From Methanocaldococcus sp. 16A (GTDB taxonomy: Archaea > AGJL01 > Methanococci > Methanococcales > Methanocaldococcaceae): a stretch of DNA of 64,000 bases. This document shows positions 20,491 through 29,940 of this stretch, piece by piece. Made by a program: the position numbers and the translations under genes. The notes below the pieces were generated by a model that did no database searches, was not told where the DNA came from, and was given only the letters and a program-made list of their open reading frames with translations. Position 1 is the stretch's first letter, and each line of letters begins with the position of its first letter. Location: NCBI GenBank assembly GCA_049860595.1, contig CP187551.1. One strand, given 5' to 3'.

Positions 20491-21909
20491 TCTATTTTTC
20501 CATCTCCATAGTCCCTTATTTATCCAATCTTCTCCTAAGTTATGTTTCTCAGCATATTCTCTCAAAATTTTTTCCCATTTTTTCCACAATTCTGGAAACT
20601 CCCTCTTTATTTTATCCATTTCTCCCATTTCCATTGCTGGACACATGAAACAACCAATTCTATCAAAACCTTTCTCATACAATTTATTATATGGTGCTTT
20701 TTCTCTTAATAAATATATCCAGACATGTAAAGTACTCCAATGGAATATTGGGAGTGCGTTTATTTGTTTTTTAATGTATGTATTTCTATGAACTCTTTTT
20801 TTAGTGGCTCTATTAAAGCTCTCATATTTCCTAACTCCAACAAATGCTAAAACATTATCTTCATAATTCTTCTCAATAAATTTTTTCAATGGCTCTAATT
20901 TACAAACTTCAGAGCACCACCTATAATCTCTTGCTGGAATGCCATATTCTTTAACTTTCTCCCAGAAATCTTCTCCTTTTAATTTTATTATTTTAATGCC
21001 ATAATGCTTTTCAACCTCTTCAACATTTTTTAATGTCTCTTCAAATTCTAATCCAGTATCAACAAATATAACATCAATGTTCTTCCCTAAAGCTTTTAAT
21101 GTTAAAATTAATGTGGTTAAGCTATCTTTTCCGCCAGAAAATGCCACCATAACTGGCTTTTTTATTCTTTCATAAGTGTTTTTTATAAATCCAAGAGCAT
21201 TTCTTTCAAATGCATCTATAACTCCTTTATTAGCTCTAACCATTAAATCAAATGCCTTCTCTAAGCTATCATAACTCTTTCCAGCTTCATAATTTTCTTC
21301 ATCATCTTTAATAAAAGATCTAACCTTAACAACTTTACCTTTTTCCATGTTTTTTATATCTTCAGAAGAAACAACAGCCAATCCTACACCAACAGCCCTA
21401 TAATTCTCATCAACTATTATTACATCATCTCTCTCTTCAATGTCATCTGTAAATTCAATTATTCCTGGTCTTAAAACAGAACCTTTTTTATTTTTCAAAA
21501 CCTCCACAACATCATTCTTTATTTTAATTATTCTTTTATAAGCTCCTTTTTTTATCAAATCCCTAGCACCATTTAATTTTAACTTAATTTTCCATCTTTC
21601 TTTATTTTCATCAAAGTAAATTAAATATTTGACTTCACCATCAACTATAACTTCATAAGCTTCCTCATTTCCAGGAAGTTTATTTAGCAAAATAATTTTT
21701 CCATTTAATACATTTTTTGCTCCAAATTCTTCCTCTATAACTTTATTTATGAAGTCGATATCATATTGAAATCCCAATCTTGGGTCTCCAGGGGGTGTTA
21801 ATTTCACTTCTTCAGCTTTTGAGCCACAAACTTCACAAGCTCTTCCTAATAATGGAATATTACAGTTTTTACACCATTTTAAGTGAATCTTCCCAATGTA
21901 TGTTTTCAT
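20488..21909 (-). CDS. PAPS/APS reductase family protein with Zn-ribbon and PUA domain
   Basis: N-terminal CxxC pairs, PUA-like GSVLRPG, FSGGKDS, RWCSEVCK, RIGCFMCP. Confidence 0.88.
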   Translation of the reverse strand: MKTYIGKIHLKWCKNCNIPLLGRACEVCGSKAEEVKLTPPGDPRLGFQYDIDFINKVIEEEFGAKNVLNGKIILLNKLPGNEEAYEVIVDGEVKYLIYFDENKERWKIKLKLNGARDLIKKGAYKRIIKIKNDVVEVLKNKKGSVLRPGIIEFTDDIEERDDVIIVDENYRAVGVGLAVVSSEDIKNMEKGKVVKVRSFIKDDEENYEAGKSYDSLEKAFDLMVRANKGVIDAFERNALGFIKNTYERIKKPVMVAFSGGKDSLTTLILTLKALGKNIDVIFVDTGLEFEETLKNVEEVEKHYGIKIIKLKGEDFWEKVKEYGIPARDYRWCSEVCKLEPLKKFIEKNYEDNVLAFVGVRKYESFNRATKKRVHRNTYIKKQINALPIFHWSTLHVWIYLLREKAPYNKLYEKGFDRIGCFMCPAMEMGEMDKIKREFPELWKKWEKILREYAEKHNLGEDWINKGLWRWKNR

Positions 21910-21993
21910 AGCCATCACTCTTAGAAGAAACTTTTTTATATGTTAATAAATTAAAGAGATTTTTTAGTTGATGCATTAGTAAGGTGATTATTT

Positions 21994-22296
21994 ATGGACA
22001 TTACTCAATTCTTTCCAGATATAGGTAGTGGATTTGTTATTGGATTTGTAGTTGGATGGGCCGCAAAAAAGGCAATAAAGGTGGTAGCATTCTTAATAGG
22101 GGTTTATATATTAAGCTTACTTTACTTGGCTAAAATAGGGGTTATAAGTATTAATAAAGAGGCATTTTCAGCATTGCTTGGAAATCTTGAAAACTCAATA
22201 TTGGTTTTTGGGGATAAGCTTATAGGTTTAATTCATTCATTTTCATTTGGGACATCATTCCTTGTAGGTTTTGGATTAGGATTTAAAAAAGGATAA
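21994..22296 (+). CDS. FUN14 family membrane protein
   Basis: [14 protein letters not shown]...GFGLGF pattern. Confidence 0.85.
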   Translation: MDITQFFPDIGSGFVIGFVVGWAAKKAIKVVAFLIGVYILSLLYLAKIGVISINKEAFSALLGNLENSILVFGDKLIGLIHSFSFGTSFLVGFGLGFKKG

Positions 22297-22311
22297 AGAA
22301 TTTTAAATTTT

Positions 22312-22659
22312 TTATTTTTCTAATTCTACGACATCAACAGGCTCTAATGGAATATTCTTTAAAACTTTTCCAATTGTTGCTTTAGCTATTCTTATAGCAT
22401 GCTCTGGGCTTTCAGCATTAAAGACTTTCATAGATAGCAAAACACCAACTAATGCTGTTCTTGCTACAACCAATACACAATCTACAAGCTCTCCACATTT
22501 TGGACATATGGTTAATCCAATATCTATATCCACATAGTTTAATCCTTCTTTATTCAACATTTTACCAATTTGGGATATTGTTACACTAATAGCATCTTCT
22601 ACATCATCTACATTTCTCACAATATATGCAGCTTGTAAAGTTACATGATAATTCGGCAT
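22312..22659 (-). CDS. UPF0212 (DUF555) family protein
   Basis: [28 protein letters not shown]. Confidence 0.88.
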   Translation of the reverse strand: MPNYHVTLQAAYIVRNVDDVEDAISVTISQIGKMLNKEGLNYVDIDIGLTICPKCGELVDCVLVVARTALVGVLLSMKVFNAESPEHAIRIAKATIGKVLKNIPLEPVDVVELEK

Positions 22660-22824
22660 TGTCTCTCACCAACCACCAAAAATCTCATTTTATTTAAAAC
22701 ATTAGCTCTTTGTTAATTACCTTACTTAGGGCTTTACTATTATTTAAAGTTATTGTTTGATAAGTTTTAAATAACATTACCTTCTGTTTAAACTTAATAG
22801 GACTTTTATAGCACAACATTTCAA

Positions 22825-22916
22825 TAGGACTTTCGCAGATTATATATTTATTAAGGAAAAAATTGATGCCTTTGACATCAAATTTACCTTTCATATTTAT
22901 CCCTGCGAAAGTCCTA
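22825..22916. mobile_element. family A MITE-like element with 5-bp TSD
   Basis: Perfect 14-bp TIRs TAGGACTTTCGCAG / CTGCGAAAGTCCTA; flanking TTCAA direct repeats (22820-22824, 22917-22921); central TGATGCC-TTT-GACATCA. Confidence 0.88.
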
Positions 22917-22939
22917 TTCAATAAGGTATTTTATTAGGG

Positions 22940-23827
22940 ATGAATATGATAGAAAAGGCAGAGATTTTAATGGAAGCTCTACCATATATACAGAAATTTT
23001 ATGGAAAGACTTTTGTTATAAAGTATGGTGGCCATGCGATGATTGATGAAAAGGCAAAAAACTGGACTGCTCAAGATGTAGTTTTGTTGAAGTATGTTGG
23101 AATAAATCCAGTCGTTGTTCATGGAGGTGGGCCAGAGATTAATAAAGCTATGGAAAAGATGGGAAAGAAGCCAGAGTTTATTCATGGTTTAAGAGTTACT
23201 GATGAGGAAACTTTAGATATTGTTGAAATGGTCTTAGCTGGAAAAATTAATGGTGATATTGTCTCTAAATTATCAAAATTTGGTGGAAAGGCTGTTGGAT
23301 TATCTGGAAAATCTGGAAGGATTATAATAGCAAAGAAAAAAATAAAATATATTAAAAATGAGAAAGGGGAAGAAATAGCTGTAGATTTAGGTAGAGTGGG
23401 AGAGACCGTTGAGGTTAATACAGAATTATTGGAAATTTTAATAAACAATGGATACATCCCTGTTATATCACCAATTGGTTTGGATGAGAAAGGAGAGGCA
23501 TATAATTTAAATGCCGATACAGTTGCTGGAGATATAGCAGGAGCTTTAAAGGCTGAAAAGCTTATTTTAATAACAGATGTTGATGGAATAATGGATGATA
23601 TAAATAATCCAGAAACATTACATAGAAAATTAACAGCTTCAGAGTTAAAAGAGATGATAGAAGATGGCAGAATAAAAGGAGGTATGATACCTAAGGCTGA
23701 AAGTGCCTTATATGCATTGGAACATGGAGTTAAGAGTGTTCATATAATAAATGGAAAGATTCCTCATGCTCTATTGTTGGAAATATTTACAGAAGATGGT
23801 ATTGGAACTATGATAACAAGGGACTAA
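22940..23827 (+). CDS. argB: acetylglutamate kinase
   Basis: [33 protein letters not shown]. Confidence 0.97.
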   Translation: MNMIEKAEILMEALPYIQKFYGKTFVIKYGGHAMIDEKAKNWTAQDVVLLKYVGINPVVVHGGGPEINKAMEKMGKKPEFIHGLRVTDEETLDIVEMVLAGKINGDIVSKLSKFGGKAVGLSGKSGRIIIAKKKIKYIKNEKGEEIAVDLGRVGETVEVNTELLEILINNGYIPVISPIGLDEKGEAYNLNADTVAGDIAGALKAEKLILITDVDGIMDDINNPETLHRKLTASELKEMIEDGRIKGGMIPKAESALYALEHGVKSVHIINGKIPHALLLEIFTEDGIGTMITRD

Positions 23828-23918
23828 AGTCTTTAGCTATTAAAAATTCTATTAGCTAATTTTTTATATATCTTTTTTTAAACTTAGAAAAAAATAAAAT
23901 TTTGTTTGTAGTGATAGT

Positions 23919-24368
23919 ATGATTATTCTTTTGGATTTAAATGGAACAATAGCTACTGATGGGAAGATAAAAGAAGGAGTTAAAGAGAGATTGGCTATTT
24001 TAAAAGAAATATCAGAGATATACATTTTATCAGCTGATACTTTTGGAACTTTAAACGATATTGCAAATGATTTGAATGTTAAAGGAATAAAAATAGATAG
24101 AGAAAAATATGGTAGCGAAAAAATAGCTAAACTAAAAATTTTAGAAGAATTAAAAAAAGAAAATCCAAATAAAAAAATTATTGCTATAGGTAATGGAAAT
24201 AATGATGAATTGTTATTAAAAAATGCTGATTTAGGAATTTGTGTTATTGGTGATGAGGGAGCTTGGAGCAAAACAATATTAAGCTCAGATATTGTCGTTA
24301 AAGACATAATTGATGCCCTTGATTTGGTATTAAAGGAAAATAGGATGAAAGCAACAATTAGGGATTAA
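23919..24368 (+). CDS. HAD-family hydrolase, soluble P-type-ATPase-like
   Basis: DLNGT, LSADTFGT, IGNGNND motifs. Confidence 0.85.
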   Translation: MIILLDLNGTIATDGKIKEGVKERLAILKEISEIYILSADTFGTLNDIANDLNVKGIKIDREKYGSEKIAKLKILEELKKENPNKKIIAIGNGNNDELLLKNADLGICVIGDEGAWSKTILSSDIVVKDIIDALDLVLKENRMKATIRD

Positions 24369-25513
24369 ATTAATATATCAAAAACCTTCTCAGCTGTCTT
24401 AGAAGTTAATTCATAGATTGTTATAGCTACATCAGATATCTGTTTTAAGCTAACTGTTGGTTTTGTGTTTATGCATATAGAGTAAATTTTTATCTTTCTT
24501 TTCATCTTTTCTTCCCTAATTTTTTCTAAAAACTCTAAAGATATTTCGCACTCTCCATCTGTAATAAAAACAATATCACCATTAAATTTTAATGCCTCTC
24601 TCAATGGTTTTTCAAAATTAGTTCCACCACCATAAAATACAGAGGCAAATTCTAAAATTTCTTCAAAAGATACCTTTTTTTCATAAATCTTTATATCCCT
24701 AACACCATCGTCAAATAATATTGCTATATATCTCTTGTTTCTTTTTAAAGATATATCCATTAAGCAGAGAGCAATAGTCTTTGCCCAAATTTCTTTGTTC
24801 CCTCTCATAGAGCCACTTAAATCTAAACAAACTATGAAATCTCCACAGTTTTCATTATTTTCTAATATCTTATAATTTAAAAGTCTATTTTCATTGTATC
24901 TCCTTAACAAATCAATAAAAAGGGTTTCTTCAGCAAAGTTTCTATACTCTGAAGGGAGCAGATTTACCAAATTATTTCCAAAGTTTATTGAGTATTTTTC
25001 TCCTGAGAAGTGTTTAATTTTTGTTTTATACTTCTTTATGGTAATTCTTCTAAACTTCCCTAAAACTTTTACAAATTCTTTGAGTTTGTTGTTTTTTAAA
25101 AGCTTTTCAGTCAATTCTAATTTTTTCTTTGGGTCAGAATGGCTTTTATATCCTTTTCCTTGACCACAAGAGCTGAAAGATGATGTTATACTTTCCATAT
25201 AGCTTTCAAGCTCATCTAACAACTCATCTATATCTTCCTCTTTACATTTATCTTTAAATTCTTTAAATTTCTCACAAAAAAATTCAGTGGCAATTAATGA
25301 ATAATTTTCATCTAATGTAGTTATGGATTTTATATTTTTAAATCTTCTATCTCTTACAATTTTTTTAATTAAATCATTTTCTTCTAAAATTTCAATTTCA
25401 TATTTAAAGAATAGATAAAATATCATCTCTGTTTCTTTTTCACTTAGATGAAAAGTTATTTTATCTTTACACCTTTCCCAAACCATCTTGTCATACTTAT
25501 CATATCTAATCAT
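24365..25513 (-). CDS. VWA domain protein (ViaA/CoxE-like)
   Basis: LLPSE, MIDAS DLSGSM, GGGTNF, FITDGE. Confidence 0.88.
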   Translation of the reverse strand: MIRYDKYDKMVWERCKDKITFHLSEKETEMIFYLFFKYEIEILEENDLIKKIVRDRRFKNIKSITTLDENYSLIATEFFCEKFKEFKDKCKEEDIDELLDELESYMESITSSFSSCGQGKGYKSHSDPKKKLELTEKLLKNNKLKEFVKVLGKFRRITIKKYKTKIKHFSGEKYSINFGNNLVNLLPSEYRNFAEETLFIDLLRRYNENRLLNYKILENNENCGDFIVCLDLSGSMRGNKEIWAKTIALCLMDISLKRNKRYIAILFDDGVRDIKIYEKKVSFEEILEFASVFYGGGTNFEKPLREALKFNGDIVFITDGECEISLEFLEKIREEKMKRKIKIYSICINTKPTVSLKQISDVAITIYELTSKTAEKVFDILI

Positions 25514-25593
25514 TTTTTCACCATAATACTAAATTTAAAATAAATCATAAAATATATATACTATTTTATATAAAAGTATTACACGGTGAGATT

Positions 25594-25935
25594 GTGGAAG
25601 TAAATCTTCTAAATATATCTATAAAGCCTCCTGTAAAAATCCCTAAGAATAGAACTGTAGAGCTAAATGTTGATTGGGACATTGAGTATAAAAAAATGGA
25701 CGCAAAAAAATTTAATTTTGTGTGTAATATTAAAGCCTATGGGGAGTTTTCTTTTGAAGCTTATATTGAAGGGGAAATAAATACTGAAAAAGATTATGAT
25801 ATCATTCCCGAATCTGTATCAGTAAGTATCATTGAGAATTTAATGAAATCTATTCCTAAGCTAATTGGCTATGCTCAACAATTTAGAATTGAAGAAAATG
25901 TTTTTGTTAATCAGCCCGTATCTTTTGCATCATAA
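25594..25935 (+). CDS. hypothetical protein, possible SecB-like fold
   Basis: GGTGAG RBS and GTG start; alternating beta-strand pattern then amphipathic helix. Confidence 0.7.
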   Translation: MEVNLLNISIKPPVKIPKNRTVELNVDWDIEYKKMDAKKFNFVCNIKAYGEFSFEAYIEGEINTEKDYDIIPESVSVSIIENLMKSIPKLIGYAQQFRIEENVFVNQPVSFAS

Positions 25936-26539
25936 ATACAGCTTTATCTCCAAAGTCTCTTAAAATTAGTGGGATGAACTCATAAATTAATTCTTTGTCA
26001 TATCTATAAAGCTCTTTTATTATATAAAGAGAATATTCATTAAAGTTCTCAAAAAGCTTTAATAGAATAGCCTCTTTATTGTCTGATTTCATTATTAACT
26101 TAACCAATACTTTGGCATAAACTTTGTTGTCTAATTTCTTTATAAGTTTTGGATATGCATAGATTGTTAATTTCGAAGGAATATTTGCTAAAGCTTCAGC
26201 ACTTGCAAATCTAATGCACTCAAACTCACTATCTAAGAGCTTTATTAAGTAAGGAATATAAACATAAACCAAATTTGGATATTTAATGCCAACCTTTTCT
26301 ATAATTTTTATGCAATAATAAATAATTTCTCTATTTTTTGAATCAGAAGTGTATTGAGTTGAGATTATATCCTCAAACCCCCTCTCTTTTGTTGATGTTA
26401 ATAATTCAAATACGTCATCAAGAATATTTAATTCAACCAACTCATCAACATCCATTTTGTATAATTCTTTTAAAACCTTTAATTTCTCCCTGTTTCCATA
26501 GTTTAATTTTAATTTCTTTCTATATTCTTCAGAGTTCAT
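25907..26539 (-). CDS. HEAT-repeat protein
   Basis: IPYLIKLLDSEFECIRFASAEALANI HEAT-like repeat; start overlaps the AAA gene end. Confidence 0.8.
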   Translation of the reverse strand: MNSEEYRKKLKLNYGNREKLKVLKELYKMDVDELVELNILDDVFELLTSTKERGFEDIISTQYTSDSKNREIIYYCIKIIEKVGIKYPNLVYVYIPYLIKLLDSEFECIRFASAEALANIPSKLTIYAYPKLIKKLDNKVYAKVLVKLIMKSDNKEAILLKLFENFNEYSLYIIKELYRYDKELIYEFIPLILRDFGDKAVFMMQKIRAD

Positions 26540-27659
26540 TTAAAATCCCTTCAATATATGTGTTAAAATCATCCGTCTCTTTAATAACTTCATCAATAAA
26601 ATCAGTTTTTCTTTTGTTTATAATAGCTTCATTTCTAATTTTTTTCAACTCCAATCTTATATATGCCATTTTACAAAGGATTTCAATTAATTTGTTGTAA
26701 TCTTTTTTACATTCACCAATTTTCTTAATGTCGATGTATTTAAGTTCATTTTTAAGATTTTTAATTATCTCTGCCTTATCCAACACTTGTTCAGCATATT
26801 TGTTGGTTATATCAAATACTACTCTTGAAACAACCAATATATCATCTACATCCTCCCAAAATATATGCCTCAATATTTCTAAATCTTCAATTTCAGCCTC
26901 TTTTCTTCCATTTAGATAGGCAAAGCATTTAACTGCCTTAACTGATTTTTTAAATCTTCTATCTGAAATATAGATATGATTTTGAGATAACTTCTTCTTT
27001 ATATCAACTAAATATCCAATAATATTTTCTATATCAACCTCATTAGCTTTTTCTTGCATTTTTTTAAGTTCTTTTATAGTTATTGTGGTTTTTGGTTTAT
27101 ACTCTTCATCCAATTTAATGAGTTTTACCAAATTTTCACAGCTTCTAATACCTCTAACCACTTTTCTAAACAAAAATCTATCATAAAAAGCTAAGAGCTC
27201 ATTTTCTTCAGGGAGTTCATTTGAAGCTCCGAACAAGCTAATTAAAGGCACTCTCTCTATTCTATCCCCATTGTGATAAATCCTCTCATTAATTATTGAA
27301 AGCAAAGCGTTTAATATAGAGCTATTAGCTTTAAAAACTTCATCTAAGAATGCAATCTCTGCTGTTGGTAAATAACCAGATGTTTTTCTAACAAACCTAT
27401 CATTGTCTTTTAACTCTTTGATACTTAAAGGGCCAAATAACTCATCTTCGGTTGTAAATCTTGTTATAAGTTTTTCGAAATAATTGGCATTAATATGTGA
27501 GGCTATAGCCCTAATTAATTGTGATTTTGCAACTCCTGGATTTCCTAAAAAGACTGTATGTTCATTAGCTAAAATTGATGTCAATGCAATATCTATTTCT
27601 TCCCTCCTCTCTAAAAAATAAGAATTTAACTCTTCTCTTATTTTTTCAAGTTTATGCAT
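26529..27659 (-). CDS. MoxR-family AAA+ ATPase, RavA-like
   Basis: Walker A GNPGVAKS, ELFGP, Walker B AFLDEVFKA, ASNELP, AFYDRF, ISDRR. Confidence 0.92.
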   Translation of the reverse strand: MHKLEKIREELNSYFLERREEIDIALTSILANEHTVFLGNPGVAKSQLIRAIASHINANYFEKLITRFTTEDELFGPLSIKELKDNDRFVRKTSGYLPTAEIAFLDEVFKANSSILNALLSIINERIYHNGDRIERVPLISLFGASNELPEENELLAFYDRFLFRKVVRGIRSCENLVKLIKLDEEYKPKTTITIKELKKMQEKANEVDIENIIGYLVDIKKKLSQNHIYISDRRFKKSVKAVKCFAYLNGRKEAEIEDLEILRHIFWEDVDDILVVSRVVFDITNKYAEQVLDKAEIIKNLKNELKYIDIKKIGECKKDYNKLIEILCKMAYIRLELKKIRNEAIINKRKTDFIDEVIKETDDFNTYIEGILNEL

Positions 27660-27668
27660 GATTTCACT

Positions 27669-28049
27669 CTAAATGCTAATTGTAGTTAGTTGAGCTAGTT
27701 CAACATTACTAATTCCTTTTAGTTTATTTACTAATTCTATTATTCTATTTCTTTGCCCTTTAATTGCTATTTTCCTAATAATTTTTCCTTCAAATGGAAT
27801 TTCGAGGGATACTATTACAATATCTCTATAATAGCTCTCTAACTCAATAATATCCTCAACAGCCTTTGAATTATATATAACAGTTATTTCTCCAATTTTT
27901 GATTCAATCCTACTAAGCCAGTCATATTTTTTTACATAATACTCTAAAGCTCTTCTTATAAATTCTGAACGAGATATTTTTTCCTTATTTATAATTTCAT
28001 CAACTTCTTTCAGTAGATTTTTTTCAATGGTTAATGAAATTCGTTCCAT
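27669..28049 (-). CDS. NikR/CopG-family ribbon-helix-helix regulator with ACT-like C-domain
   Basis: MERISLTI...SRSEFIRRAL RHH motif; G.ITVIY and KG..I..L..KL pattern of the NikR C-domain. Confidence 0.88.
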   Translation of the reverse strand: MERISLTIEKNLLKEVDEIINKEKISRSEFIRRALEYYVKKYDWLSRIESKIGEITVIYNSKAVEDIIELESYYRDIVIVSLEIPFEGKIIRKIAIKGQRNRIIELVNKLKGISNVELAQLTTISI

Positions 28050-28229
28050 AATATCACTTTTGTAATACTTATTTACAGGATAGTATTAAAAGATGTATAA
28101 TATAAAAATATTACTATTAAAAATTAAGAATTAAAATATATAAAAATTAATATATATTCAAGTATTTGTTTTTAATAGTGTTTTTATGAATATTTTAATT
28201 TAAGATATAACTTCATATTAAAAACCAAA

Positions 28230-28245
28230 CCGAAAATATTATATA
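28230..28245 (+). promoter_or_regulatory. BRE-TATA promoter of candidate sRNA
   Basis: CCGAAAATATTATATA, same form as the tRNA and histone promoters in this window. Confidence 0.75.
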
Positions 28246-28266
28246 TGATGAATTTTGTCATATAAC

Positions 28267-28357
28267 GTATGCCATAGGAATCACTCCCACACAAATTTAG
28301 CAGGTTCAAGGAGGCAAAAGTTCTATGTATATATCGGGCTCACCTCTGTGAGGATTT
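28267..28357 (+). ncRNA. candidate structured small RNA
   Basis: Relatively GC-rich island in an AT-rich spacer directly after a strong promoter; two predicted hairpins; no long ORF. Confidence 0.5.
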
Positions 28358-28361
28358 ATAA

Positions 28362-28440
28362 TGGGGCTTTCACAAGAATTAGTTAAAGAATTTAATGTAC
28401 TTTAGGCTTCTCAATCCTTTGAATAATCTATGAAATCTTT
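28362..28440. repeat. degenerate family A element
   Basis: TGGGGCTTTCACAAGAAT...GAATTTAATGTACTTTAGGCTTCTCAATCC resembles 16751-16845. Confidence 0.5.
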
Positions 28441-28509
28441 TTAATTTTTTAATTTATTTATTTTAATATTATTATTTATATATTTTTTAGTAATTTTTAG
28501 GAAAAAAAT

Positions 28510-28524
28510 AGAAAATTTTATATA
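28510..28524 (+). promoter_or_regulatory. BRE-TATA promoter of MCR II operon
   Basis: AGAAAATTTTATATA about 60 nt upstream of the beta subunit start. Confidence 0.65.
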
Positions 28525-28585
28525 CTCATTACTATTATTTTTTGTAGTCGTAGTATAATATTAACAAAAATGGCTGGTGTTGATA

Positions 28586-29929
28586 ATGCTACATTATGAA
28601 GATAAAATAGATTTATATGATGAAAGAGGGAAGTTATTAGAGGAAAATGTTCCATTAGAAGCGATAAGTCCGTTAAAAAACCCAACAATTGAGAAGATAG
28701 TTAATGACATTAAGAGGAGTGTTGCTATAAACTTGGCAGGAATAGAAAATGCTTTAAGAACTGGAGCTATTGGGGGTAAGGCATGTTTCTGTCCTGGTAG
28801 AGAGTTGGATTTACCAATTGTAGAAAATGCAGAAATTATTGCTGAAAAAATAAAAAGAATAGTTCAAATTGATGAAGATGATGATACTGTTGTTAAGTTA
28901 ATCAACGGAGGTAAGCAGATACTCTTACAGTTGCCATCAAAAAGATTGAGAGTAGCTGCTGACTATACCGTTTCAGCACTAATTGGAGGAGGAGCAACAG
29001 TCCAAGCAATTGTTGATACTTTTGAAGTAGATATGTTCGATGCTCCAGTAGTTAAAACAGCAGTTATGGGAAGATATCCACAAACAGTTGATTTTCATGG
29101 GGCTAATATTGCTACTTTATTAGGGCCACCAGTTTTATTAGAAGGATTAGGTTATGGATTGAGAAATATTATGGCAAACCACATTGTAGCAGTTACAAGG
29201 AAAAAGACATTAAATGCTGTTGCTTTAGCGTCAATATTAGAGCAGACAGCAATGTTTGAAACTGGAGATGCTTTAGGGGCATTTGAGAGATTGCACTTAT
29301 TAGGATTAGCTTTCCAGGGATTAAATGCCAACAATTTAACTTATGAACTTGTAAAACAGAATGGGAAAAATGGAACTGTTGGAACTGTGGTAGCTTCAGT
29401 AGTTGAGAGAGCTTTAGAGGATGGAGTTATAAGACCTTTAAAAACTATGCCTTCTGGATACACAGTTTATGAACCAGTTGATTGGGCTTTATGGAATGCC
29501 TATGCTGCATCAGGTTTAGTTGCTGCGGTTATCGTTAATGTAGGTGCAGCAAGAGCTGCTCAAGGTGTAGCATCAACTGTCCTTTACTACAACGATATCT
29601 TAGAATATGAAACTGGTTTGCCAAGCGTTGATTTTGGAAGAGCAGAGGGAACAGCTGTTGGATTCTCATTCTTTAGTCACTCAATCTATGGTGGAGGAGG
29701 ACCTGGAACATTCCACGGAAACCACGTTGTTACAAGACACTCAAAAGGATTTGCTATCCCATGTGCTGCAGCTGCAATGTGTTTAGATGCTGGAACTCAA
29801 ATGTTCTCAGTTGAGAGAACTTCAGCGTTAGTAGGAACTGTCTATAGTGCTATTGACCACTTAAGAGAGCCGTTAAAATATGTTGCTGAGGGAGCTATGG
29901 AGATAAAAGAAAAAGAAAAAGTTATCTAA
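28586..29929 (+). CDS. mcrB: methyl-coenzyme M reductase II beta subunit (mrtB)
   Basis: [30 protein letters not shown]. Confidence 0.97.
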   Translation: MLHYEDKIDLYDERGKLLEENVPLEAISPLKNPTIEKIVNDIKRSVAINLAGIENALRTGAIGGKACFCPGRELDLPIVENAEIIAEKIKRIVQIDEDDDTVVKLINGGKQILLQLPSKRLRVAADYTVSALIGGGATVQAIVDTFEVDMFDAPVVKTAVMGRYPQTVDFHGANIATLLGPPVLLEGLGYGLRNIMANHIVAVTRKKTLNAVALASILEQTAMFETGDALGAFERLHLLGLAFQGLNANNLTYELVKQNGKNGTVGTVVASVVERALEDGVIRPLKTMPSGYTVYEPVDWALWNAYAASGLVAAVIVNVGAARAAQGVASTVLYYNDILEYETGLPSVDFGRAEGTAVGFSFFSHSIYGGGGPGTFHGNHVVTRHSKGFAIPCAAAAMCLDAGTQMFSVERTSALVGTVYSAIDHLREPLKYVAEGAMEIKEKEKVI

Positions 29930-29940
29930 ATGGTGATTAG

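Noticed and set aside
22694-22921. 75-aa minus-strand ORF
   Set aside because: Largely the family A element read through; no RBS or protein motif
28258-28288. Minus-strand micro-ORF MAYVI with RBS GGGAGTGAT
   Set aside because: It is the complement of the candidate sRNA seed; no clear minus-strand promoter, only 5 codons
28349-28405. Selenocysteine read-through of the micro-ORF TGA (and of other TGA stops in the window)
   Set aside because: No SECIS-like hairpin seen; the extension runs into a degenerate repeat; other TGA-ending genes are full length
28521-28560. TACTA-N16-TAGTA and similar dyads after the MCR II TATA box
   Set aside because: Short, AT-rich and inconsistent with the other candidate operators; cannot be told from chance
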